Shown here: positions 46,426 through 55,299 of the stretch, in pieces
How positions within the stretch are numbered: the stretch's first letter is position 1
Layout of the letters: each line of letters starts with the position of its first letter
Virus record (IMG/VR): IMGVR_UViG_3300047160_005605
Coordinates: 8,229-72,228 of that record
Length of the DNA: 64,000 nt
Source of the DNA: a virus
Taxonomy: Duplodnaviria > Caudoviricetes
Strand: one strand, 5' to 3'
The notes under the pieces: model-generated
What the model was told of the DNA's origin: nothing
Databases searched by the model: none
The model's input: only the letters and a program-made list of their open reading frames with translations
Program-made: the position numbers and the translations under genes

Positions 46426-46871
46426 TCGGTAAACAACCACCACCAAGGGAAAACGTACATGAAATTGCTCGGGATTGGACCGTTGTAGTACGTCATGGAA
46501 AACATCTCGATCTTCTTCCAGATAGCTCCCTTCTTGGCAGAAGCATCGAGACGCGCCAGCCCGCCGGCCGTATCGAGACGCATGGCAGTCTGACCGTAGA
46601 AATTCGCACCAAAACCTTGATCGGACTTATTCATCCCTTCATAAGTTCCTGAGGAGGCTCCTGTGCGCTTGGAGATAAAGCGCGGCTTATAAACGTGATA
46701 AAAGAATGCCGCGAGCCACCTCTCGATCAATTCAAGGTCTGCGGTCACGTAATCAGGGTCGGTGCAGACCCTAATCACCAGATTGTCGGCAGTATCAATG
46801 AATGGGGTAAGATCCGTCGTCTGATCCCATTGAATGATGCTCTGCACCAATTCCGGCGTTGTCAGAGGCAT
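46422..46871 (-). CDS. head-tail adaptor
   Basis: PFI.TA..LV...C.......L..IERWLAA...YGQ.A..LD..G.L pattern. Confidence 0.7.
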   Translation of the reverse strand: MPLTTPELVQSIIQWDQTTDLTPFIDTADNLVIRVCTDPDYVTADLELIERWLAAFFYHVYKPRFISKRTGASSGTYEGMNKSDQGFGANFYGQTAMRLDTAGGLARLDASAKKGAIWKKIEMFSMTYYNGPIPSNFMYVFPWWWLFTE

Positions 46872-47333
46872 TTAACGCCTCTTCTTCCTGTGAGCTAACT
46901 CAGCGAGAAAAGGATCGACACTCGCCCGCTTGAGAGGTTCCTCATTGAGAGGAACATCTCGCTTACCTTTTGGAAAGACGTAGAAGCCCTTGGATCCTTT
47001 GTATATCTGCACCCCCAGGGTGCGACAACGGGGGAAAAGGTCGCTAACTTCCGTGACCTTTTCCCTCTCCTCTTTTGGGTGGGCTTTCTCCTCAGCCATG
47101 TGCCTCTGATCGTCCAGATCATGCACGCCGACGGGAGCGGGAACGTCAGGAGTTGCATCCGTGTCCTCATCCTCCTGCTTGTCAGACCAGATGCGCTTGA
47201 ACTTGTTGACGAAGCGCGTCAGGTCGTCCTTCGATTCGACAATATCTCCTTTCGTATAGATTTTGCCGCCTTGGATATGCGTGCCGTTGAGGAGGCGGAA
47301 CCTCATCACGTCAGATTCTTTTTCTTTCGCCAT
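46872..47333 (-). CDS. hypothetical head-associated protein
   Basis: Immediately downstream of the major capsid gene. Confidence 0.65.
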   Translation of the reverse strand: MAKEKESDVMRFRLLNGTHIQGGKIYTKGDIVESKDDLTRFVNKFKRIWSDKQEDEDTDATPDVPAPVGVHDLDDQRHMAEEKAHPKEEREKVTEVSDLFPRCRTLGVQIYKGSKGFYVFPKGKRDVPLNEEPLKRASVDPFLAELAHRKKRR

Positions 47334-47351
47334 GACAATTCTCCCAGAGGT

Positions 47352-48518
47352 TTAGCTGAAGTGGATGATTCCGCTGTTGCTGTTGATATCGCTGCGCAGC
47401 TGGGGAACGAGAATGCACAGGACCTTGAAGTGAAGATCCATGCCGCCTTCCGTCTCCCACTGGATCGTCGTGATATCCATCCCGACGACAAGGCGAACCA
47501 CATCCGAAGTCTGCTGGACGAGCACCAAATCGAAAGCGGGATTCGCAGCCGTGCCCTGCGGGAAATAGTCAAGAGTGCGCACGTCAATGAGGTTGTCGAT
47601 GCGACGGAGACGATCGCGCAAGGTCATTGCCGTCCCGGTCGATACGTTCGTGCCGCCAACGCCCTGAATGTTGATGTAATCAGCATCCATGTACTGATCC
47701 CACGCGAGACCGCAGTAGAGGATCCAGGGGCCGTAGTGCAGCGCCGTCTGCTGGCTCTGCGTTTTCATGGCGAGGACATCATTCAGCGTGACAAGCGGAT
47801 TCCAGGCAGTATTCGCAGCGCTCGCCACAAACGGCTTTTGCGTCAGGTTGCCCGTGATGCGGTCGGGGAAGTTCGTCAGACCAAAGACAGAACCACCACC
47901 GAAGTTGTAAGCGGTAGTAGTGCCCAAATAGAGTTGCTCGATCACTTCCGCCACGCGACGGCCGGCGAGTTCTGCTGTGGTGGTATCTAACGGCGAGCCA
48001 CCCGTGCGCGATGCCATTAGCTGCCGCAGATCATAGGAGAAATCTTTGTGAGCGATGGGGAGCGGCAGATTGTTGAGGTCGAACATCGGGCGGTCTTCTT
48101 CGGACTTGCGCAGCCCGCTCATACTCAGAGTAGCGGGCGTGATATCCGACTGACGTTCGTGCTGCAGGATGACCTTCGCCATGCCGTCGGGGATAGTGTA
48201 TTCCAACCCAGCACTGCGAAGATCCGCGACAGCCCGGAGACGCGGCTTGGCCGCCTTGAGCACCGCCATGTCGATGGTCAGCCAATCATTCTTGCGCAGC
48301 AAGCCCTGGGCGATAGGTGCATTCTGCACGATGGCTTGCGGCACGCGCTCGCCGTTGTCATTGACGGTATAGCGAGTGATGTAGGTCCGCCCGTCCTTAC
48401 CCAAATAAGGACGCCGAACCGCTAAATCGAAATTGCTGGCCATGAGGTCAGCAGCGACGTTGCCGGTGATTTGACCGTTGAAAACAAAGTCAAACCCCAC
48501 GTCAGATGGCGCATACAT
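47352..48518 (-). CDS. major capsid protein (HK97 fold, encapsulin/linocin-like family)
   Basis: 388 aa; LR..DW..ID..V, PLPI.HKDF....RQL.ASR, V.E.IE.L.L.G motifs; synteny. Confidence 0.88.
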   Translation of the reverse strand: MYAPSDVGFDFVFNGQITGNVAADLMASNFDLAVRRPYLGKDGRTYITRYTVNDNGERVPQAIVQNAPIAQGLLRKNDWLTIDMAVLKAAKPRLRAVADLRSAGLEYTIPDGMAKVILQHERQSDITPATLSMSGLRKSEEDRPMFDLNNLPLPIAHKDFSYDLRQLMASRTGGSPLDTTTAELAGRRVAEVIEQLYLGTTTAYNFGGGSVFGLTNFPDRITGNLTQKPFVASAANTAWNPLVTLNDVLAMKTQSQQTALHYGPWILYCGLAWDQYMDADYINIQGVGGTNVSTGTAMTLRDRLRRIDNLIDVRTLDYFPQGTAANPAFDLVLVQQTSDVVRLVVGMDITTIQWETEGGMDLHFKVLCILVPQLRSDINSNSGIIHFS

Positions 48519-48558
48519 TCAAGTTACCTCCTTAGGGCAAGAGAGAGTTTCCAACGGT

Positions 48559-49041
48559 TTAGTAAACGTGCACGCGAAGCCAAGTCTTGTCGGCACCAGC
48601 GGTATTGTTCTTTGCCTCGAGAGCGTGCCCGACGAGAGCCGGAGCCGTACCGCTAGAGGCAATGAGAGTTCCGTCGCCATTCGACATGAGGGTTGCCATA
48701 AAGGCGATATTGCCCGGCGAGCCATTGGGGATCATAAAGTAGAGTTCGTCCCCCGGCAAGTAGAGCATAACGGGATTGCCCGCGCTGCCAACGACGGCCG
48801 GCGTGGCAATCGTCTGCCCCAAGTTCTGCCCGTAGGGCTGTTCGAGAGCGATGGTGCGCTCAAAGGCTCCGCCTGACGTGGAATGGGGACGGAAGTTGAG
48901 GACGCCCGAATTGCTGTAATGCTCGACAAGCATTCCAGGATAGAAAGCGACTCCGCAGATACCCTCATCGTACCGCCCCTTGCTCTTGAGGGCGATACGG
49001 TTGGGGCCAGCAAACGGAGGACCCGCAAGCGTAACAGTCAT
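48559..49041 (-). CDS. head decoration / cement protein
   Basis: 160 aa immediately upstream of MCP; PGMLVE and L.SNGDGTL patterns. Confidence 0.7.
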   Translation of the reverse strand: MTVTLAGPPFAGPNRIALKSKGRYDEGICGVAFYPGMLVEHYSNSGVLNFRPHSTSGGAFERTIALEQPYGQNLGQTIATPAVVGSAGNPVMLYLPGDELYFMIPNGSPGNIAFMATLMSNGDGTLIASSGTAPALVGHALEAKNNTAGADKTWLRVHVY

Positions 49042-49068
49042 TGAAAAATCTCCTTTGTCAAGAGTAGG

Positions 49069-51030
49069 TTACTTCTTGGCGAAGTTCATGGTCGGCATCG
49101 GTAGTGGCTCTTCGACAGCGGTATTGGTCTCAACCCGACCCGCACCCTGACCCGCGTAGTTCGGGCGGCTGCGCTGGGGTTGAGCGAGAGCGGCCATCGC
49201 CCGCAGATCCTTGATGGGGAAGGCGTCGTCAAGGAGGCGATCTTCGGGGTAGGTCTCAGCATCATAGCCCTTGCTGTTCTTGATGAGTTCCACCAAGCGC
49301 AGCTTCTCCTGATCGAGCGCTTCCATGCTGTTGACGATGACCTCCCGAATGCGCGGCGGAGCATTGCGGATATAGTCGTCCACCGAGAGCACCTGATTCT
49401 TGGCCATCCTTTGCTTGTCTTTCTTCTCCTCCTCTTCCTCCTCCGTGTCGTCCTTGCCGTTGCCGTTCTTGGCATTCTTCGTCGCCTTCTTGCGCTCTTC
49501 CATATCCTGATCGGTCTCGGTCTCTTCCTCCGTGTCCCAGCGCTTCCTCTTCGCGCCCTTGGTAGCGGGGCCCTTGATGTTCGTACCCTTCCCTCCCATT
49601 TCAGAGAGTTGCTGGATTCTCGATTCATCGAGACTCTCCAGCCATTCTCGGTCTTCCTCTCCAAACGCCGAGTTGGCGAGTAGAGCATCGACCATTTCGT
49701 TCTTGGTCATGAAATCCTCCTTCTGGTTATAGGTAGCATGACCCACATAGGAACCATCGCTCACTCGGCGATATTCTGAATGTCTGTCAACCGATTCGCG
49801 CTTGCCCGTGTGCTTGACGTTGCCCCCGTCCATCTTGTAGGGCTGCTTGTGCATCTTGCCAGTTCTACCATCCCGAGCCACGTAGAAGTCATCATAGACA
49901 TCCATTACCGAACTAGGATAGTAGTAACTCTCGTTGCTATCCGCTCCCGCCTTCGCGTCATCGGCAAGTTTTTGATTGATCTTGTTTCGGATCTTCTCAT
50001 GCGACATTTTGCTACTGGCGTTGTCAATGGGGTAAACGGGGTCCTCCATCTCGTTCTTCGTCGTGCGCCAGCTATCAGGAAGTGTGAGGCCTTTGCGCTT
50101 GGCGATGGCAACCACCTTGCGGCGCACAGCTTCGGGATTGTCTGCATGGTGCAGCAGGCTCGCCGCAGATTGCACGTCCTTCTGACTCTCGATGGGGAAC
50201 GATTGGTGCGGCCCGGCGAAGCTGCCTTTGTCTAGCTTGTCGCGGCGAGACTTCGGCCAGCGGTCGGATAATTCTTGCAACTCATTCCAGAAAGCCTCTT
50301 CGTCCTCTTCGTTAGCGAGCAGCCCGGCCCCGTCCTTGATAGAGCAAGCGCCCACCTTATCGGGAAGCACTGCGAGATGATCGGGACCGTGATCGCGGGC
50401 GATAGCCTTGTAAGATTCATCATTCCAGGTACCTTCGGTCTGCTCATTCTCGGTAAACAGTCCCGTAGATACTTCCATCTTTTCGTTCTTCTCGATGGCA
50501 TCGCGGACGCGGGGATCGACCTTGTCCATACGGTCTACGTCGCACCACGCTTCGGCGATGAGTTTGCCTCTTCCCTTCTCCTCCTTGTATTGCGTGTTGA
50601 GGATAATGCCGATCTTGCGGACGGCGAGCACTTCGGGAGTGCACGCAGACGTGCCCTTGCCATTCTCTTCGGGATGGTAAACGACAACGGGCTTGTGGTT
50701 CCAAAGCATAGGCCGACGACTCAACTCTTCTTTCGGATAGTAGAGCGGGCCTTTCGAGCCTTGATGCACGCCTTCCGTAAGCATCACCATAGGCGCGACT
50801 AAATAGCGTCGCCCCTCCAAAGTCTCATAGCGAGCACGGCCAGCAAGGTTGACGGTCAGCCGTTCAAGCGTGCGGTCCATGTTTTGGGTTCCCTTTTTCT
50901 TGTCTTGGGATTTGAAGTATTCAACCTCTGCCAATCGCTTGTGCGCTTCGTGTTTGCTTTTGTAGGGACCTCCGAGATGCTTACCTCCCTCACTCTTCAC
51001 CGACCAACCACCTTTTTCCCTGACGATCAT
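49069..51030 (-). CDS. DUF2213-like prohead protease with scaffold region
   Basis: P.V.YHP, E.STG, DHLA.LPD..GACS..DGAG motifs; charged C-terminal scaffold. Confidence 0.8.
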   Translation of the reverse strand: MIVREKGGWSVKSEGGKHLGGPYKSKHEAHKRLAEVEYFKSQDKKKGTQNMDRTLERLTVNLAGRARYETLEGRRYLVAPMVMLTEGVHQGSKGPLYYPKEELSRRPMLWNHKPVVVYHPEENGKGTSACTPEVLAVRKIGIILNTQYKEEKGRGKLIAEAWCDVDRMDKVDPRVRDAIEKNEKMEVSTGLFTENEQTEGTWNDESYKAIARDHGPDHLAVLPDKVGACSIKDGAGLLANEEDEEAFWNELQELSDRWPKSRRDKLDKGSFAGPHQSFPIESQKDVQSAASLLHHADNPEAVRRKVVAIAKRKGLTLPDSWRTTKNEMEDPVYPIDNASSKMSHEKIRNKINQKLADDAKAGADSNESYYYPSSVMDVYDDFYVARDGRTGKMHKQPYKMDGGNVKHTGKRESVDRHSEYRRVSDGSYVGHATYNQKEDFMTKNEMVDALLANSAFGEEDREWLESLDESRIQQLSEMGGKGTNIKGPATKGAKRKRWDTEEETETDQDMEERKKATKNAKNGNGKDDTEEEEEEKKDKQRMAKNQVLSVDDYIRNAPPRIREVIVNSMEALDQEKLRLVELIKNSKGYDAETYPEDRLLDDAFPIKDLRAMAALAQPQRSRPNYAGQGAGRVETNTAVEEPLPMPTMNFAKK

Positions 51031-51054
51031 ATCTCACCTGAAGGAGAGGGTCAA

Positions 51055-51093
51055 GAGAAAATGGAGAGAGGGGTGGACAAGGCCCCTCTCTCC
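51055..51093 (-). terminator. intrinsic terminator ending the secreted-protein cassette
   Basis: GGAGAGAGGGG/CCCCTCTCTCC 11-bp stem followed on the minus strand by ATTTTCTC. Confidence 0.7.
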
Positions 51094-51123
51094 TCTCCGA
51101 CAGGGCCGGGCTGCACCCCAGCC

Positions 51124-51720
51124 CTAACGCCAGTAGTAGGGATTCTTCGTATAGGTTGTATATCCACTGCGGAAGTTGCCGCCGAATCCGAAACTACCCG
51201 ACACGGGCAGGGGCGCGACGATAGGCTGCACAGGCGCGATCGGCTGGACCGGCACGCCGCCGCCCCAAATCGGCTGCGTCGGTAGCACAGGCGGACTAAA
51301 GATCGGCTGCGTCGGAATGCCTGGACTCCAGATTGGCTGCGTCGGTACACCCGGTCCCCACGCTGGCAACTGTCCGGGCAGTCCCGGCTGATTGAATATA
51401 GGCTGGTCGATTCCCGGGCCGCCACCTGGACCCGGATTGACGATGGGGTTATTGATGATCGGGTTAGCAGGAGCAGGAGGCGGCGTCGGCTGCGGACCCC
51501 AGCCGGGACCGAAACCTCCGCCAGCATTCAGTCGTTCAAGGAGTAACCGCAGACGCAGGCACTCACCTTCACGTCCACCATCACCCCCACCTTCCCGCAA
51601 GCTGCGGAGCAGGCCGAGGCAGGTCGGATTGTAAGTGTAGTAAGGTCGATAGCTGTAGTATTGTGCCTGACTTTGTACCGCCAAGGCACCGAGGATCACA
51701 AGTGAGAGAATTGCTTTCAT
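51124..51720 (-). CDS. secreted Pro/Gly-rich low-complexity protein with QPI repeats
   Basis: Signal peptide ending SQA-Q; six QPI units; aromatic termini. Confidence 0.75.
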   Translation of the reverse strand: MKAILSLVILGALAVQSQAQYYSYRPYYTYNPTCLGLLRSLREGGGDGGREGECLRLRLLLERLNAGGGFGPGWGPQPTPPPAPANPIINNPIVNPGPGGGPGIDQPIFNQPGLPGQLPAWGPGVPTQPIWSPGIPTQPIFSPPVLPTQPIWGGGVPVQPIAPVQPIVAPLPVSGSFGFGGNFRSGYTTYTKNPYYWR

Positions 51721-51730
51721 GATTCATCTC

Positions 51731-52414
51731 CTAGCGGCAGAGGCCGCAAACCTTGGCTGGAGTGTAGGGAACCGGGGGAATGGGATTAGTCGTCGGCCAG
51801 CGGACAGGAGGATTGACGAGCATCTGCTGAATGCCAATGTCGCCGCGTATTCCTCCGAACCCTCCGCTGCCGATACTGAGACTGCCTTGACCACCGAAGC
51901 CGCCAATGCTCAGACTGCCGCCAACTGACATGGGCACCGGAGCAGGACCGCCAATCGGCAATTGAATGGGTATTTCAGGAGGAGGACCGCCAACAATCGG
52001 GAAAGACGGAAAGCCGCCTCCTGGAAACACTGGCAATTGAATCGGTAGGTTGCCGCCCCCGCCAAGACGCGGAGGAACAATCACAATCGTCATCGGTAAC
52101 TGATCGACCGGGACCACTGTCACGTTGCCGCTACCGCCGCCTCCGCCCGGAAACACCGGCAGCTGGCCAGACAGCAGACCATTCCAGCCGATGTTGGGAT
52201 TGGGATTCAGGTTGATGTTCGGATTGAAGCCGAGGCCGCCCCCCAGCTGGAGTTGACCTTGCCCCGGCCATGAGGAGGGCGTGCGATACTCGCTGACCAT
52301 CGGCCTCTGGTAGTAAGGACCGGCCATTTGCGTCAGGGAGTAAGTCTTGACATACTGTGCCTGGGCAGCGGATGCGAGCAGCAGAATCAATGGTGCGAAC
52401 AGAAGTCGGTTCAT
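51731..52414 (-). CDS. secreted Pro/Gly-rich low-complexity protein
   Basis: AAGGAG RBS; signal peptide ending AQA-Q; QLPVFPGG repeats. Confidence 0.75.
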   Translation of the reverse strand: MNRLLFAPLILLLASAAQAQYVKTYSLTQMAGPYYQRPMVSEYRTPSSWPGQGQLQLGGGLGFNPNINLNPNPNIGWNGLLSGQLPVFPGGGGGSGNVTVVPVDQLPMTIVIVPPRLGGGGNLPIQLPVFPGGGFPSFPIVGGPPPEIPIQLPIGGPAPVPMSVGGSLSIGGFGGQGSLSIGSGGFGGIRGDIGIQQMLVNPPVRWPTTNPIPPVPYTPAKVCGLCR

Positions 52415-52424
52415 GATGATCTCC

Positions 52425-53117
52425 TTAGTAACCGTATAGGTTGTATCTGGCACTATGCCATCCCATTCGTTGCAAGAAGGCTCCGATAGCCTCATGGCTG
52501 GTGTAAACACCCGGACCACCTCTTGGATCTCCCTGGACAGCGAAGCGGCCTGGACCCTGATAACCGCCGCAGACACCAACAAGCAGGCCGGTTCTAGGGT
52601 CAATCAAGGCCCCTCCGCTGCGTCCATGCCACGGAGGCTCTTGCGTCATCGTCACCCACAGCGAGTCCGAACGCTGAAGTACATGGGCAGGACGAACCAC
52701 GGCGGGGAACTTCATTTCGTCATATCCGACGGACCAGTAGTTGCCGGGTTGTGTGTGGCCGAAGGAGGCTCCGGCAACTGGACAGACGAAAGGCCGTGGT
52801 CCGTCCCTGATCTCGATGAGCGATAAGTCATGTCGTGGATCTCGGCCCCATATTATTTGCTGGCAACCGGGGCGGAACGGGCTCCATCCTGGAGCAGATG
52901 GCATATCAAAAGTCATCCTTTTGTGGAGCATATCCTGCCCGTTCTCCGGATCAAACATATGGGAGCAACCGAGAAGAAAAGTCCGCCCTTGCTCGGTATG
53001 GATGACCGTCGCAGAGACGCCATGCGACGGGATACGCACTACGGCATCCATAGGCCCAGCCAGGGCGGATTGCGGGAGCAGGAACAGGAACGTAAGGAGC
53101 AAGCGTCTCATGGTCAA
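52425..53117 (-). CDS. secreted trypsin-like serine protease
   Basis: Signal peptide; catalytic triad LGCSH / HDLSLI / GRSGGAL. Confidence 0.85.
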   Translation of the reverse strand: MTMRRLLLTFLFLLPQSALAGPMDAVVRIPSHGVSATVIHTEQGRTFLLGCSHMFDPENGQDMLHKRMTFDMPSAPGWSPFRPGCQQIIWGRDPRHDLSLIEIRDGPRPFVCPVAGASFGHTQPGNYWSVGYDEMKFPAVVRPAHVLQRSDSLWVTMTQEPPWHGRSGGALIDPRTGLLVGVCGGYQGPGRFAVQGDPRGGPGVYTSHEAIGAFLQRMGWHSARYNLYGY

Positions 53118-53311
53118 CTCTTTAGTTTGAGGCCCATCACCTGTGCGGCCAATCGTGTGCAGCGCTCAAGCATGTCGAAACCTCTGGCGAAGTGCTGCGA
53201 GGCAGCGTCGATCTTGCTCGGAGGAGTGGAGGTGAATATGTCGAAAAGCTCACCGACTCCATAAGCATAAGCCTGGATCAGAGCGTGGCGTTTGACATCC
53301 GTGTAGCTCAT
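53114..53311 (-). CDS. hypothetical protein (65 aa)
   Basis: GAGGAG RBS before ATG 53311. Confidence 0.6.
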   Translation of the reverse strand: MSYTDVKRHALIQAYAYGVGELFDIFTSTPPSKIDAASQHFARGFDMLERCTRLAAQVMGLKLKS

Positions 53312-53373
53312 GTCCTCCTCACTCTTGGGCGGGGCTTCACCACCATCATCAGGGCATGGCTCGCAGTCGGCCA

Positions 53374-53766
53374 CTACCGAATCCTCCCCACCAGGATCGT
53401 CCCGGTCCACGGCGGGGCCATCTTGGCCGACCAGCGACCGTTGACACGGAGATGATATTGGTTGGTATCCTGGTTCCAGATCGCCAGGACATCGTTCCCG
53501 TCCTTGTCGTACCACCAGCCATTGTTGCCTTTCTCCCAGCGCTTAACCTGCGTCGGCATGGTCTGCTGCGGCTGCGGCACATACTGCGGTCGATAGATGG
53601 GCTGAACGCCCAGACCTCCGAGGAACGGTTGCTGCATCATCATCGGAGCCATACTGGCTCCCCCGCTGTAGAAGCCTCCTCCACCACCAGAGAAGCCTCC
53701 ACCGCAGGAGCCGCCTCGTCACTGACCAATACTCAAGGCACCGATCAGCATTAGTGTGTGGATCAT
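53374..53766 (-). CDS. secreted Gly-rich protein with in-frame TGA at codon 16 (Sec/readthrough candidate or pseudogene)
   Basis: ATGA-coupled start; MIHTLMLIGALSIGQ-TGA-RGGSCGGGFSGGGGGFY... continues in frame into ORF 53374..53652. Confidence 0.6.
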
Positions 53767-53957
53767 TGTTTCAGTTTCTCCCGCCGCATCTTGGCCTTTT
53801 CTTCAATCGTGAGACCAAAGACTTGATCCTCCCAACTCTCATACCGCCACATATCGTAGAATAGGATCTTGCCCGCCAGTCCGCAGATGAAGCCGAAACA
53901 CCAAGAAGCGGCTAACAACACGAAGATACACCACGTCGGCACTCCATCCTCGTTCAT
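53763..53957 (-). CDS. small membrane protein
   Basis: ATGA-coupled at both ends; one TM helix and a basic C-terminus. Confidence 0.6.
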   Translation of the reverse strand: MNEDGVPTWCIFVLLAASWCFGFICGLAGKILFYDMWRYESWEDQVFGLTIEEKAKMRREKLKQ

Positions 53958-54280
53958 GGTCGAATCGGCCTCCCCGGTGGTTTGAGATCCGGCCGGTCCG
54001 GAGGTTTCACCTCGGGCGGCTTTACTGGAGGAGTCCCCACACTCGGCGGGGTCGCTGGGCAACTGCATGTAGGACACACACACACGCCGCAGGGACAGCA
54101 TGGCCGGACGGAGTAGTAGCAGCAACCTCCGTTATAGCAACCTCCGCAACCATTGCCACAGCAATCGCCGCAGCCACCTCCTCTACAGCGCCCGCCACCA
54201 CGACGACCAAACGCTTCGGTAGGAGAGACCAATACAAGTAACCAGAGGGCGATGGCAACGAGCATCAAGATCCGTTTCAT
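53954..54280 (-). CDS. secreted Cys/Gly-rich protein with Pro-rich tail
   Basis: GGAGG RBS; signal peptide; 15 Cys in ~45 aa; KPP repeats. Confidence 0.75.
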   Translation of the reverse strand: MKRILMLVAIALWLLVLVSPTEAFGRRGGGRCRGGGCGDCCGNGCGGCYNGGCCYYSVRPCCPCGVCVCPTCSCPATPPSVGTPPVKPPEVKPPDRPDLKPPGRPIRP

Positions 54281-54291
54281 TGCAAACCTCC

Positions 54292-54624
54292 TTAGTCGGC
54301 ACGGAAATAACCCCATCGTGGGGGAACATTGATATTGGCGAACGGAGCCTGCACCGAGACACCCGGACGGAAACCGTATCCCCAAGGTCTATTCCAACCC
54401 CAAGGTCGGCCATATCCCCACCAGGGGTTGGGTTGAAAGGCCCATGGATTAGATTGCAGCGCCCATGGATTGCAAGTGGGCGAGCAACCGAAGGGTCCGC
54501 AACAGCCGTTGGGACCGCAGGATGTGCCGGGGGCACAACCGTTAGGACCACATTGAGCTTTGCTTGGGAGGGCGAAGGTAATAAAGATGATGGTCGTTAA
54601 GCCACATAGGCTGAGAAATTTCAT
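54292..54624 (-). CDS. secreted Cys/Gly/Trp-rich protein
   Basis: Signal peptide; CGPNGC x2; NPW and RPWG repeats; GVSVQAPF. Confidence 0.75.
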   Translation of the reverse strand: MKFLSLCGLTTIIFITFALPSKAQCGPNGCAPGTSCGPNGCCGPFGCSPTCNPWALQSNPWAFQPNPWWGYGRPWGWNRPWGYGFRPGVSVQAPFANINVPPRWGYFRAD

Positions 54625-54770
54625 GCCTTCTCCTTTAGCAGTAGAGTATGTTTCTTCTGGCGGGATGATCCTTTTTGCCGCTGCACGGGTTCTTCCTTCT
54701 TTTCCTTCTTTTCCTTCTTCGTCGTGTGAGCATGGGAGGTATGTCCGTGCCCATGTGTCTCCTCAGTCAT
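54621..54770 (-). CDS. small His/Lys-rich peptide
   Basis: GGAGG RBS; HGHGHTSHAH followed by a Lys/Glu run. Confidence 0.45.
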   Translation of the reverse strand: MTEETHGHGHTSHAHTTKKEKKEKKEEPVQRQKGSSRQKKHTLLLKEKA

Positions 54771-54858
54771 AATGACCTCCTTTCGGAAGAGAGTTAATGG
54801 GTCGTGGTGGTGTAGCGAGAGGTGATTGTCTGTGTTGTAACGAATGCGCAAATGTTTG

Positions 54859-55290
54859 TCAAGGAGGCGATGGCTCGATGGAATCATAGCGACACACATA
54901 GTTGGGTTGTTTCATTAGCTCTTTCTCCTCATCGTAGGCGTCGAGAATGACTTGCCGTAGGATATTGCGACACTCTTTGGTGATGGGGTGAGCGATATCG
55001 GCATAGAGCTTGATCTGCCCGTCGCGTGTGAGTTGATGCTCGGCTCGGTTCGGGTCTAGTCGGCGGCCACAATCATTACAGAAGCGTGCTCGGAGATGGT
55101 TCTTGTGGCTGCAATAAGGACAATGGTCTATCCGCTTGCGCGAAGGCATCGACACGAATAGACCATTGTTGCCATTGATGATCTTGATATCCCTTACCAC
55201 AAACTCATCAGCAAGGGTTATCGAGCAGAAGGCAAGGAGACGTTCGTTATCCTCTTGCATGACTTTTACTCGGACGTCCGTAATCTCCAC
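54859..55290 (-). CDS. spoVG: SpoVG homologue with zinc-ribbon insertion
   Basis: MEITDVRV...LLAF.SIT..D.FVVRDIKII.G..GLFVSMPSRK and DIAHPI; CPYC...CNDC insert. Confidence 0.92.
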   Translation of the reverse strand: MEITDVRVKVMQEDNERLLAFCSITLADEFVVRDIKIINGNNGLFVSMPSRKRIDHCPYCSHKNHLRARFCNDCGRRLDPNRAEHQLTRDGQIKLYADIAHPITKECRNILRQVILDAYDEEKELMKQPNYVCRYDSIEPSPP

Positions 55291-55299
55291 AATAGCCTC

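Noticed and set aside
47079-47990. 303-aa plus-strand ORF
   Set aside because: Antisense shadow of the major capsid gene; no RBS or motif.
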